A DNA stretch of 64,000 bases from NCBI GenBank assembly GCA_045646345.1, contig JAZRKN010000005.1, positions 13,594 through 77,593 on the forward strand, read 5' to 3'. Shown piece after piece: positions 47,220-56,464 of the stretch. This DNA is from Candidatus Scatovivens sp. (GTDB lineage: Bacteria; Bacillota; Clostridia; TANB77; CAG-508). Position 1 is the first letter of the stretch. Each line of letters begins with the position of its first letter. A model generated the notes under the pieces. The model ran no database searches, was not told the origin of the DNA, and saw only the letters and a program-made list of their open reading frames with translations. The position numbers and the translations under genes are program-made.

Positions 47220-48479
47220 ATGTATAAAGAATTTGGAATAAGAGATGAAATTATTAATGTTTCAAACGAAGTAGAAAAAGAATTAGAGCCAATATTTGCA
47301 GAATATGAAAAAAATTGCTTGAATTCTAGTATGAAAGTTTTAAAAGCGTTTCAAGATAATAGAGTATCAACAACTGATTTTAATGAAGTGACAGGATATG
47401 GATATTATGATGGAGGAAGAGAAAAATTAGAAAAAATTTATGCTCAAATATTTGGAGCTGAAGATGCTTTAGTTAGACCTCAAATAATGTCAGGAACACA
47501 TGCTTTAACAATAACATTGTTTGGTTTATTAAAATATGGAGATACTATGATTAGTATTTCAGGAGAACCATACGATACTTTAAAAAGCGTTATAGGACTT
47601 TCTGGAAATAGCGAAAATTCTTTAATAAAACACGGAATTAAATATGAACAAATTGAATTAGTTGATAATGATTTTGATTACGACAAAATCGAAGAGAGAG
47701 CAAAACAAGGAAATATAAAATTAATAGAAATACAACGTTCAAAAGGATATTCTCAAAGAAAAAGTTTGACAATGGATAAAATAGAAAAAGTAATTTCTAG
47801 AATAAAAGCTGTTAACAAAGATGTAATAGTGATGGTAGATAATTGCTATGGAGAATTTGTAGAAGATAAAGAACCAACACAAGTTGGTGCTGATATTTTT
47901 ATCAGTTCATTAATGAAAAACTTAGGTGCAGGTATTGCAACAAGTGGTGGATATGTTGTTGGAAGAAAAGATCTTGTTCATCAAGTTGCAGAAAGACTAA
48001 CTGCGCCTTGCATAGGAAAAGATTTAGGTGCTAACTTTAACCAATTATTAGCTTATTATAAAGGAATATTTATGGCTCCATCTGTTGTAAAATCAGTACT
48101 AAAAACAATGACTTATGCGAGCAGAATGTTAGAAAAATATGGTTTCGAAGGCGTTAGCCCAAGATATGATGAAAAAAGAACTGATATTATTCAAACAATT
48201 GAATTGAAAACAGCAGAAAAATTAATAAAATTTTGTCAAGGAGTACAAAAAGGGTCACCGATTGAATCTTATGTAATACCTGTACCCGATGACATGCCGG
48301 GATATGAACATAAAGAAATTATGGCTGGAGGAAGTTTTACACCAGGAGCAACTATTGAATTAAGTTGCGATGGTCCTGTATGTGAACCATATACAGCATA
48401 CATGCAAGGCGGATTAACTTACGAGTACGGCAAACTTGGGATTATGATGGCTATCGAAAGTATGCTTTCAGAAGAATAA
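47220..48479 (+). CDS. ynbB: YnbB/aluminium-resistance family PLP-dependent enzyme
   Basis: SLMKNLGAGIATSGGYVVG is typical of the Met_gamma_lyase/YnbB family; 419 aa. Confidence 0.75.
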   Translation: MYKEFGIRDEIINVSNEVEKELEPIFAEYEKNCLNSSMKVLKAFQDNRVSTTDFNEVTGYGYYDGGREKLEKIYAQIFGAEDALVRPQIMSGTHALTITLFGLLKYGDTMISISGEPYDTLKSVIGLSGNSENSLIKHGIKYEQIELVDNDFDYDKIEERAKQGNIKLIEIQRSKGYSQRKSLTMDKIEKVISRIKAVNKDVIVMVDNCYGEFVEDKEPTQVGADIFISSLMKNLGAGIATSGGYVVGRKDLVHQVAERLTAPCIGKDLGANFNQLLAYYKGIFMAPSVVKSVLKTMTYASRMLEKYGFEGVSPRYDEKRTDIIQTIELKTAEKLIKFCQGVQKGSPIESYVIPVPDDMPGYEHKEIMAGGSFTPGATIELSCDGPVCEPYTAYMQGGLTYEYGKLGIMMAIESMLSEE

Positions 48480-48659
48480 AATTGGTTTGACAAAAAATAA
48501 TATTAAGATTAAAATTATTATGAATATTTTACAATCAAAGTGTTATCAAAAAAATTGATAAATTTGGTAATTTTAGGTTGATATTTTCTACAATATATAG
48601 TATTATATTATATGTATAATATTGGAAAAAATTAGCCTAAAGGGGGTTTTTTATAAATT

Positions 48660-49079
48660 ATGGTAAAGAAAATATCAATGGTTGTAATAATTTTTGCAAT
48701 GCTAGTTGGAGTGTTAACAATTTTTTCTTGTAGCGCTTATGCTGTTACGGGAGAACAAGTTTTAAACTCTACACAAGCAACAGAATTAGTAGAAATTAAA
48801 GAAACAACAAAAGGAAAATTAGCTGAATATATTGAAAAATATGGCTCAACACCATTTGGAGTAGCAGCTTACGTTTTAAATGTCGTAAGAATTTATAGTA
48901 TTCCATTTTGTTTTGTTGGTATTGCCTTAGGTTCAATATTTCAATATGTATTAGGTATTAGAAAATTGGACGTTAGAGATAGAGGTTTTATGCTTATTAT
49001 CACTTTCGTAACAATTTTATTAATATGCCAAGTATTACCATTAATATTTGCTATAGTAGTAAATGGTTGGAGGGGTTAA
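48660..49079 (+). CDS. signal-peptide protein with two C-terminal TM helices
   Basis: Signal peptide MVKKISMVVIIFAMLVGVLTIFSCSAYA, then a soluble segment, then two hydrophobic helices. Its 3' end is adjacent to the next gene. Confidence 0.5.
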   Translation: MVKKISMVVIIFAMLVGVLTIFSCSAYAVTGEQVLNSTQATELVEIKETTKGKLAEYIEKYGSTPFGVAAYVLNVVRIYSIPFCFVGIALGSIFQYVLGIRKLDVRDRGFMLIITFVTILLICQVLPLIFAIVVNGWRG

Positions 49080-49083
49080 ACAA

Positions 49084-52000
49084 ATGAAAGTTTTATTTGC
49101 GGTTAATAGTGAGAAAATTTCTGAAGCGATTATTAAGAAATATCAAAAAGATTATAAAGAAATTCTTTCTTATAAGAATGTATATTACTTTAACGCAATA
49201 TTAAAAGAGATACAAAAAGATAAAAGTTATGATAGAATAATTATACATGAAGAATTAGAGTCTTTCTCTAATAACAATTATGATGCAATAGATAAATTTA
49301 TCTTTGAAAAACTTGATGATATTAGCGATGAAGCACAAGATATAGATGGAAATGAAACATCTATAATTTTTCTTTGTGCCAATAGACGTACAAAAGGTAG
49401 TTCATTTTTAGTTAAATTATTTGGAATTGGAATTTACAATGCTATTTTAGCTAGTGACCAAAGTGTTGAACAAATATGTAAATTAATTAACAAACCAAAA
49501 CTAAAAAAAGAAGCTAAAATGTATTACCAAATAGATTCTGATGAAGTTAATTATTCTAATAAAAGTTCAGAAGAAGTAAGTGAACTTGAAATTCAAAATA
49601 TATTAACTCACTTCAAAAAATTAGGAAAAAATACAGATAAATTTGCTGATAGCTTTAATAATATAGCTTCACAATACACAGACGATCAATTAAAAATTAT
49701 TGTTAATTGTTTACCAAACAATGTAAAAGTTGTTCTTGAAGATGATTGTAAAAAATATCAAGAACTAATGTCTGGTGAAGGTGGAATAAAAAAAGTAAAT
49801 AGAGGCGAAAGTATAAACAGAGAAGCTAGAAAACAAGCTGGAATAAAAATAGATCTTATAGAAAATAAAATGAATACTAATAAAATGTCTGGACCTATAG
49901 TTATACCATCTTCTGTTAGAACTTCAAAAAATAAAGGACCAGCTCCAGTTAGACCTATGGGTAATAATATAGAAATACCTACAGTAAAATCAGGAGAAGA
50001 ACGAACAAAGAAAATTGTAAAAAAATCTGAATTACAACAAATGAAATCTGGTATAGCACAAGCTAAGCCTGTTAGACAAGAGGGAATTGGTGGACAAAAA
50101 GTTGCGGTTCAACCAAAAACAAATCCAGTAGCTACAGAAAAAACTGTATCAAAAGTGGCTCCAGAAAATAGAGTTGCAAGACCAGTAGCTCCTCAAGTAA
50201 AAAAAGAGCAAGTGCCACCAATAAACTTGAGTAAAACACCAAAAGCTGTTGTTACAGATCCAGCTGAAAAGAAAGGTAGAGGAAGACCAAAAAAAGTCGA
50301 ACCTCAAATTATAGAAGAAGATGAAGATTTAGATGATATCATGTTACCAGGAATGATTGAAGATTTCGAGGATGACGAATTGATATTACCAGAATCTCAA
50401 GCGCCTTCTTTTGAAGAAGATTTATTATCAGACATGGAAGATGATTCTTTAGAAAGTGAAGAAGAATTCTTACCAGGAATGATTGAAGATTCATTAGAAG
50501 AGGACGAAGAATTTTTACCAGGAATGGAAGAAGATTCATTAGAAGAAGATGAAGAATTCTTGCCAGGAATGGAAGAAGATTCATTAGAAGAAGACGAAGA
50601 ATTTTTACCAGGAATGGAAGAAGATTCATTAGAAGAAGATGAAGAGTTTTTACCAGGAATGGAAGAAGATTCATTAGAAGAAGACGAAGAACTATTACCA
50701 GGAATGGAAGAAGATTCATTAGAAGAAGACGAAGAATTTTTACCAGGAATGGAAGAAGATTCATTAGAAGAAGACGAAGAATTTTTACCAGGAATGGAAG
50801 AAGATTCATTAGAAGAAGATGAAGAATTCTTGCCAGGAATGGAAGAAGATTCATTAGAAGAAGACGAAGAACTATTACCAGGAATGGAAGAAGACTCATT
50901 AGAAGAAGATGATGAATTTATTCCAGACATGGAAGATGATTTTGATGATGATTTCCTACCATCTATGGGCGATGATTTTGAAGATTTTGAAGAAGATACA
51001 TTACCTGTAATGGAAGAAGAATTCGAAACAGTTGATGAAACCTTACCAAGTGCTGATGAAGTGATTGAAGAAGTGGAAGAATATACCGAAGAAGTTGCAC
51101 TACCAGGACTTGATGAATTAGATGATTTAGAAGATATTGAAGCGTCTAATGAAACAAGTATAGATGAAATATTACCAGGTGTTGGTGATGATTTTGAAGG
51201 TGAAGATGATGACTTATTAGCAGGATTTGAAGGTGATGATTTTAATGTAGAGCCAGCACAAGCAAATCAAGTAAATAAATCAACAGAAATAGAAAGTATC
51301 AAACCAAAAGTTGATTATTCAATGTCAAGTTTAAATAGTTTATTAACTAAGGATAAGAAGATAGTAACTTTTGTAGGAACAAGTAAAAATGGAACATCAT
51401 TCTTAATTAATACATTAGCAGCATTGTTCGCTTCATTAGGAATAAATACTGCAATTTTAGATATGACAAAAAATAAAAATTCTTATTACATTTATACAAA
51501 TAATGAAGAAGAATTAAGAAATATTGCATATAATTCAATTAGTAAATTACAAAAAGGATTTGCAGAAGGAATAAAAGTTGGTAAAAACTTAAGTATTTAT
51601 ACAGCATTACCAAATGATGGAAAAGATTATTCAGATGCTGAACCAATCTTATCAACATTAGTTCAAAACCATTCATTAATTTTAATAGATTGTGATTTTG
51701 ATACTGATACATCATATTTTGCAAGTTGCCAAGAAATTTATTTAGTACAATCAATGGATATATTAACAATCCAACCACTAACAGCTTTCTTAAGAAAGTT
51801 AAAAACAGAAGGTGGATTAGAACCAGAAAAAGTTAGAGTTGTAATAAATAAAGAATTAAAAGTTAGAAGTTTAACAACAAAAGCTATAATTGCTGGTATG
51901 TCATTTTATAATGATCCATCAATGTCATTTATGACAGAACTATTTAATAAAGATTTAGTTAAAGCTTGTAGTATACCATTTGATGAAAGTGCATATTCTA

Positions 52001-52209
52001 AATATTTAGATGCTATGGTAAATTGTAATGTATCAATAAATGGATATTCAAAACAATTTATGAGCAAATTAAGAAATTTAGGAGATATGGTATATCCATT
52101 AGTTGGTAAATCAACATATGGAGGAACAGCTTCACAAACAAATTATGGAAAAAATAACTTTTCAAGTACGACAAATAAAACATTAAATCAAATGAAGAAA
52201 AAATATTAA
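49084..52209 (+). CDS. giant acidic-repeat protein: receiver-like N-domain, AT-hook, (EFLPGMEEDSLEEDE)x10, degenerate ParA/MinD-like C-domain
   Basis: GGAGGGG RBS before ATG 49084. N-terminal MKVLFAVNSEK...DRIIIHEELES beta-alpha pattern. KKGRGRPKK. C-terminal KKIVTFVGTSKNGTSFLINTLAALFASLGINTAILD ... LILIDCD resembles TadZ/CpaE or MinD, but with a non-canonical P-loop. Confidence 0.6.
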   Translation: MKVLFAVNSEKISEAIIKKYQKDYKEILSYKNVYYFNAILKEIQKDKSYDRIIIHEELESFSNNNYDAIDKFIFEKLDDISDEAQDIDGNETSIIFLCANRRTKGSSFLVKLFGIGIYNAILASDQSVEQICKLINKPKLKKEAKMYYQIDSDEVNYSNKSSEEVSELEIQNILTHFKKLGKNTDKFADSFNNIASQYTDDQLKIIVNCLPNNVKVVLEDDCKKYQELMSGEGGIKKVNRGESINREARKQAGIKIDLIENKMNTNKMSGPIVIPSSVRTSKNKGPAPVRPMGNNIEIPTVKSGEERTKKIVKKSELQQMKSGIAQAKPVRQEGIGGQKVAVQPKTNPVATEKTVSKVAPENRVARPVAPQVKKEQVPPINLSKTPKAVVTDPAEKKGRGRPKKVEPQIIEEDEDLDDIMLPGMIEDFEDDELILPESQAPSFEEDLLSDMEDDSLESEEEFLPGMIEDSLEEDEEFLPGMEEDSLEEDEEFLPGMEEDSLEEDEEFLPGMEEDSLEEDEEFLPGMEEDSLEEDEELLPGMEEDSLEEDEEFLPGMEEDSLEEDEEFLPGMEEDSLEEDEEFLPGMEEDSLEEDEELLPGMEEDSLEEDDEFIPDMEDDFDDDFLPSMGDDFEDFEEDTLPVMEEEFETVDETLPSADEVIEEVEEYTEEVALPGLDELDDLEDIEASNETSIDEILPGVGDDFEGEDDDLLAGFEGDDFNVEPAQANQVNKSTEIESIKPKVDYSMSSLNSLLTKDKKIVTFVGTSKNGTSFLINTLAALFASLGINTAILDMTKNKNSYYIYTNNEEELRNIAYNSISKLQKGFAEGIKVGKNLSIYTALPNDGKDYSDAEPILSTLVQNHSLILIDCDFDTDTSYFASCQEIYLVQSMDILTIQPLTAFLRKLKTEGGLEPEKVRVVINKELKVRSLTTKAIIAGMSFYNDPSMSFMTELFNKDLVKACSIPFDESAYSKYLDAMVNCNVSINGYSKQFMSKLRNLGDMVYPLVGKSTYGGTASQTNYGKNNFSSTTNKTLNQMKKKY
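50461..50910 (+). repeat. ten tandem in-frame 45-bp repeats
   Basis: The (t/g)cca of the LP codons recurs at 50471, 50516, 50561 ... 50876, exactly 45 nt apart. The units differ only by a few synonymous or conservative changes. Confidence 0.95.
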
Positions 52210-52228
52210 AATATAGGGGTGAATTGTT

Positions 52229-53365
52229 TTGGTAATAGCAATAATCGCAATCTTAGTTGTAATAATAGGACTTCTTATAATGTATAACGTTCATATTCAA
52301 AAAAAGATTGATACTTATAACAATATAAATCAACAAATAAGTAATCTATCTGTTTTACAAGATTTTATGAAGGTTGCAGGAGAAGAAGATTCTGTAGAAG
52401 CTAAGTTAAATAAAATTAATGAAATAGTTATAGAGCAATATGATATAAAATATTCTACAATAGTAGTTTTTGATGGTGCAGAATATGTAATAAAAGCAAC
52501 AAACGTAGATAAATTACATCATGAAACTCTAACTAATTTACACAACGAGGAAATTTTCCAAGATAGTGTTGCCACAGCAACCCCTAAATATATAACAATA
52601 GAAAATGAAAATGAAAAGCTTCCATATCAAAAAGTAGAAATGGGAAGAGCTAAATCAGCAATGTTTTTCCCACTATATATAGACAATATTTATATAGGAT
52701 ATTGGATTATGGAAAGTGGAAGAATGCATGCATTTGATAAAACTGATACAACTATAATTGAAGTTGTAAAAGATAATATAATTTCTGTGTTATCTACAAT
52801 CTCTTATCAAGATGCTATGGAAAATATTGTTAGAACAGATAAATTCACAGGATTATTTTCTGCAGAATATTTATATAGTAAAGCAAAAAGAACATTTGAT
52901 AAATATCCAACTTCAGCAGTTTGTATGTTTAAAGTTACAAATATCGAAGAGATAAATGAAAAAGCTAGTAGACAAATTGGAAACGATATAATTACAGAAA
53001 TTAGTAATATAGTAAAATCTAAAATGGCTGCTCAATATGTTTTTGTAAGATATATGGGACCTAAATTTGTAATTGTATTTTCTGGAGTTGAAGAAACAAG
53101 TGTTGAAGAATTCTTAAAAGAATTAAAACGCGAAATGGAAGAACTTGAGATTGTTGAAGAGGCAGAAGAAGTTCAAGTAGTAAAAGTAATTAATGGCAAA
53201 AAAGTAAGAGTTAGAGAACTAAAAGAAGAAAAATCAGCATCTCCAAAAATCAATTTTGTAGTATCAACATATTACAAAGGTACAGGAATTGAACAATTAA
53301 ATAAAAAATTAGAAGAATATTTAGATTCAGTTGATAAATCTGAAAATCAAATTAATTATATTTAG
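52229..53365 (+). CDS. TM + GAF-like + degenerate GGDEF-domain protein
   Basis: TTG start after AGGGGTG. RTDKFTGLFSAEYL matches the D-x-LTGL-x-NR entry of GGDEF. YMGPKF replaces the GGDEF signature. Confidence 0.55.
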   Translation: MVIAIIAILVVIIGLLIMYNVHIQKKIDTYNNINQQISNLSVLQDFMKVAGEEDSVEAKLNKINEIVIEQYDIKYSTIVVFDGAEYVIKATNVDKLHHETLTNLHNEEIFQDSVATATPKYITIENENEKLPYQKVEMGRAKSAMFFPLYIDNIYIGYWIMESGRMHAFDKTDTTIIEVVKDNIISVLSTISYQDAMENIVRTDKFTGLFSAEYLYSKAKRTFDKYPTSAVCMFKVTNIEEINEKASRQIGNDIITEISNIVKSKMAAQYVFVRYMGPKFVIVFSGVEETSVEEFLKELKREMEELEIVEEAEEVQVVKVINGKKVRVRELKEEKSASPKINFVVSTYYKGTGIEQLNKKLEEYLDSVDKSENQINYI

Positions 53366-53377
53366 GAGGTAAAGAAT

Positions 53378-53632
53378 ATGGCTATAGACAAGACAATGAG
53401 TTTTAAAGTAGATAAAGATAAGGCCTTAAGAGCTAAAGAAATTTTAAAAGAAGTATACCAAGCGTTGGTAGAAAAAGGGTACAATCCAATTAACCAAATT
53501 GTTGGATATATTTTATCAGGAGATCCTACTTACATTACTAGCCATAATGATGCTAGAAATTTAATAAGATTAATTGAAAGAGATGAACTATTAGAAAAAA
53601 TGGTTAAATCTTATATCGGATTGGAAGACTAA
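53378..53632 (+). CDS. ireB: IreB-family regulatory phosphoprotein (UPF0297)
   Basis: [29 protein letters not shown]. Conserved position upstream of ruvX. Confidence 0.85.
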   Translation: MAIDKTMSFKVDKDKALRAKEILKEVYQALVEKGYNPINQIVGYILSGDPTYITSHNDARNLIRLIERDELLEKMVKSYIGLED

Positions 53633-53638
53633 TTATAT

Positions 53639-54058
53639 ATGAGAACTTTAGGTATAGATTATGGAGATAGTAGAGTAGGCATTGCTGTAACAGATGCACT
53701 AGGGATTACTGCGCAAGGATTGGAAACTATAACTCATAATGGTAATGATAAAATTTTACTAAGAAGATTAGATGAGATATTAGAAAAATATCCAGAAGTA
53801 GATACTATTGTTGTTGGTATGCCATATAATATGGATGGTACAAAAACAATAAGAGCTGAAGTTACAGAAAAGTTTATTCATAAATTAAAATGCAAATATA
53901 ATAAACTAAAAATAGAGACAATTGATGAAAGATTAACTACAGTTGCGGCTCATAAAACAATGAATTTTTTAGATGTAAATAAAACTAAAAAAAGAGGTAT
54001 TGTAGATACGATATCTGCAGTTTATATTTTAGAAATGTATATGAATAAAAATAAGTAA
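53639..54058 (+). CDS. ruvX: Holliday-junction resolvase-like nuclease RuvX/YqgF
   Basis: LGIDYGDSRVGIAVTD motif; 139 aa. Confidence 0.9.
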   Translation: MRTLGIDYGDSRVGIAVTDALGITAQGLETITHNGNDKILLRRLDEILEKYPEVDTIVVGMPYNMDGTKTIRAEVTEKFIHKLKCKYNKLKIETIDERLTTVAAHKTMNFLDVNKTKKRGIVDTISAVYILEMYMNKNK

Positions 54059-54171
54059 TACGAATAGATTTAAAAAAACTATAAATAATCAAAAAAAGTA
54101 TTGCAAAAAGAATATGTTTAGTATATTATATTTTTAGATTTGTATTGATATACAAAGGAAGGAGATAAAAA

Positions 54172-54477
54172 ATGGACGAAAATTTAGAAGAATTAAGCAA
54201 TATCATAATATTAAACGATGAAAATGGAAACGAAGTACAATTTGAATTTTTAGATTTAATAGAATATGAATCAGAAGAATTCGTAGTATTATTACCAGTT
54301 CTTGAAGAAGGACAAGAAGATGATGGAGAAGTAGTAATATTAAAAGTTGATGATTCAGAAGAAAACAGTGATGAAGAATCATATGTAAGTGTTGATGATG
54401 AAGAAACATTAACAGCAGTATTTGAAATATTTAAAGAAAAATTCAAAGAAGAATTTAACTTTACAGATGGAGAATAA
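54172..54477 (+). CDS. DUF1292 (UPF0473) acidic protein
   Basis: ILNDENGNEVQFEFLDLIEYESEEFVVLLP. Completes the conserved ireB-ruvX-UPF0473 trio. Confidence 0.75.
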   Translation: MDENLEELSNIIILNDENGNEVQFEFLDLIEYESEEFVVLLPVLEEGQEDDGEVVILKVDDSEENSDEESYVSVDDEETLTAVFEIFKEKFKEEFNFTDGE

Positions 54478-54486
54478 TATAAAAAA

Positions 54487-54508
54487 GAGCAGAGTATGCT
54501 CTTTTTTT
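54487..54508 (+). terminator. intrinsic terminator
   Basis: Stem gagca/tgctc plus T7. Confidence 0.6.
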
Positions 54509-54627
54509 GTTGCATTTTATTTAATATATGAAAAATAAAGTTTAAGATGTTTTGGTTTATTTATTGAAATTTATGTTAATGTATGATACACTTTTTTTAT
54601 TAGAGAGATAATTAGGAGGATATACAT

Positions 54628-55098
54628 ATGACAAGTTTATTTAGTTATTTACTTACATTTATGGCAGTAATATTCTGGGTTTTTAGAGCGATAGCTACAT
54701 TACTATATCAATTAGAGGTGGATTTCTTTACAACACCTTTAAATGAGACTTATGAAATTATTGTATTATTTGCAACATTACCTTGTTTAATTTTAGTTGT
54801 TAAAAGAAATATTGTAGGAGCCGCAGCATATTTAGGGTTATATGTTGCTTATTTTGGAAATGCTATATATAAAACTATAACAGGAGCTCAAGAATTTGGT
54901 TTTACAATTGCAAATACTACAGATTTGTTAATAACAAGTGTAGGAATATTAATTGCTTTATTGACATTTTTGGATGTTTTATTTAATAAACATAGAACAT
55001 TAGGAAAAGGAAATAAAAAAGGAGATTGGTTTTATACAAACGAAGCATTTGATAGAGAATTTGACGAAAGAGCTGATAGAAATCAATATAAAATTTAA
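54628..55098 (+). CDS. four-TM membrane protein, hypothetical
   Basis: AGGAGG RBS. Hydrophobic helices and a charged C-terminal tail. Confidence 0.5.
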   Translation: MTSLFSYLLTFMAVIFWVFRAIATLLYQLEVDFFTTPLNETYEIIVLFATLPCLILVVKRNIVGAAAYLGLYVAYFGNAIYKTITGAQEFGFTIANTTDLLITSVGILIALLTFLDVLFNKHRTLGKGNKKGDWFYTNEAFDREFDERADRNQYKI

Positions 55099-55104
55099 TT
55101 ATAA

Positions 55105-55132
55105 AAAGCCTTTGGAAAAACCAAAGGCTTTT
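55105..55132 (+). terminator. intrinsic terminator
   Basis: Stem aaagcctttgg/ccaaaggcttt. Confidence 0.75.
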
Positions 55133-55250
55133 ATATATTTATATAAAAAACAATCTACAACAAGTAGACATAATGTTGAAAATATAATAGACTTTATAAT
55201 AAATATATGATATAATACAAATTGTATTATATTTAGTAGGTGATATATAT

Positions 55251-55583
55251 ATGGAATTAATAATAATTATTGGTGTGATTTTATTAATTTCTTCTTTTTT
55301 CAAAAATACAATAGAAGATAAAACTGAAATCGAAATTGAACCAATAAAACAAAACGACGTTAAAAATAAATTAAAAAAAGTTTTATTAGGAATACTGATG
55401 TTTATTCCGTTGTTTATAGTATATTATTTTGGTTTAGCTCTATTTGGTATGATAATATTAAATGTATTTGTAGGACCAGAAAATAGAGAGTGGGTATATA
55501 GTATGATATTTGCTATTTCTGCATCACCAATATGTGCAGTAATATCAATTTTAAGAATTTTAAATAGAGGAAGAGATAAGTGA
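55251..55583 (+). CDS. small membrane protein, hypothetical
   Basis: 110 aa, three hydrophobic segments. Its stop overlaps the rbgA start (ATGA). Confidence 0.45.
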   Translation: MELIIIIGVILLISSFFKNTIEDKTEIEIEPIKQNDVKNKLKKVLLGILMFIPLFIVYYFGLALFGMIILNVFVGPENREWVYSMIFAISASPICAVISILRILNRGRDK

Positions 55584-56464
55584 TGAGTGAAAATAAAATG
55601 AATATTAACTGGTTTCCTGGTCATATGGCAAAGACTAGAAGGCAGATTGAAGAAGATTTAAAAATAATAGATGTAGTTATCGAATTGTTAGATGCAAGAA
55701 TACCTTTATCAAGTAGAAATCCAGATATTAAAAGACTGACAAAAAATAAAAAAAGAATTATTCTTTTAAATAAGTGTGATTTAGCCAATGAAACAACAAA
55801 TAGTAAATGGGTAAGTTATTTTTCTAAAGAAGCACCAACAATATTAACAGATTCAAATTCTGGAAAAGGAATAGATAAAGTAACAAAAGCAATTGATAAT
55901 ATAATGGCTGATGAAATTGCAAAACAAGCTGCTAGAGGAAGAATAAACAAAACAATAAGAGTAATGATTTTAGGTATTCCTAATGTTGGTAAATCATCAT
56001 TTATTAACAGAATTTCTAAAAAGAATTCAACAGAGGTTGGAAATAAACCAGGGGTAACAAAAGCTAAACAATGGATTAGAATTGGGAAAAATCAAGAATT
56101 ATTAGATACTCCAGGTGTATTATGGCCAAAGTTTGAAAGTGATGAAGTAGGTTTAAATTTAGCTTTTACAGGAACAATAAAAGATGATATTTTAGAAAGA
56201 ACAGAAATTGCATACGAACTTTTAAAAATATTATATGCAAATTATAAAGAAAATTTAAAAGAAAGATATAAATTAGCTGACGAAGAATTAGTTGAAATTG
56301 ATAAAAAAATGAATCCAATATATGAGCTTATGCAACTTATAGCTAGAAAAAGAGGGGCTATAGTTTCAGGTGGAAATACTGATGATGAAAAAGTTGCTAG
56401 AATTATTTTAGATGATTTTAGAAATTGTAAAATTGGAAAAATAAGTTTAGAGGAGCCAAGATAG
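55580..56464 (+). CDS. rbgA: ribosome biogenesis GTPase A (YlqF)
   Basis: Circularly permuted GTPase: NKCDL precedes GIPNVGKSS and DTPG. Confidence 0.9.
   Translation: MMSENKMNINWFPGHMAKTRRQIEEDLKIIDVVIELLDARIPLSSRNPDIKRLTKNKKRIILLNKCDLANETTNSKWVSYFSKEAPTILTDSNSGKGIDKVTKAIDNIMADEIAKQAARGRINKTIRVMILGIPNVGKSSFINRISKKNSTEVGNKPGVTKAKQWIRIGKNQELLDTPGVLWPKFESDEVGLNLAFTGTIKDDILERTEIAYELLKILYANYKENLKERYKLADEELVEIDKKMNPIYELMQLIARKRGAIVSGGNTDDEKVARIILDDFRNCKIGKISLEEPR

Noticed and set aside
50461-50910. The regular 45-bp repeats could be mistaken for a CRISPR array.
   Set aside because: The units are contiguous with no unique spacers, they are in frame within a long CDS, and no cas genes are present.
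50339-50930. Two long minus-strand ORFs (186 aa and 177 aa) with repetitive LLMNLLPFLV / SSSSNESSSIPG sequence.
   Set aside because: They are antisense read-through of the 45-bp repeat array. They have no RBS, and they exist only because the repeat lacks stop codons in those frames.
54126-54515. 129-aa minus-strand ORF, and a 68-aa ORF, overlapping the DUF1292 gene.
   Set aside because: They are Ser/Asn-rich antisense translations of an acidic GAA/GAT-rich gene. The sense gene belongs to the conserved ireB-ruvX-UPF0473 trio.
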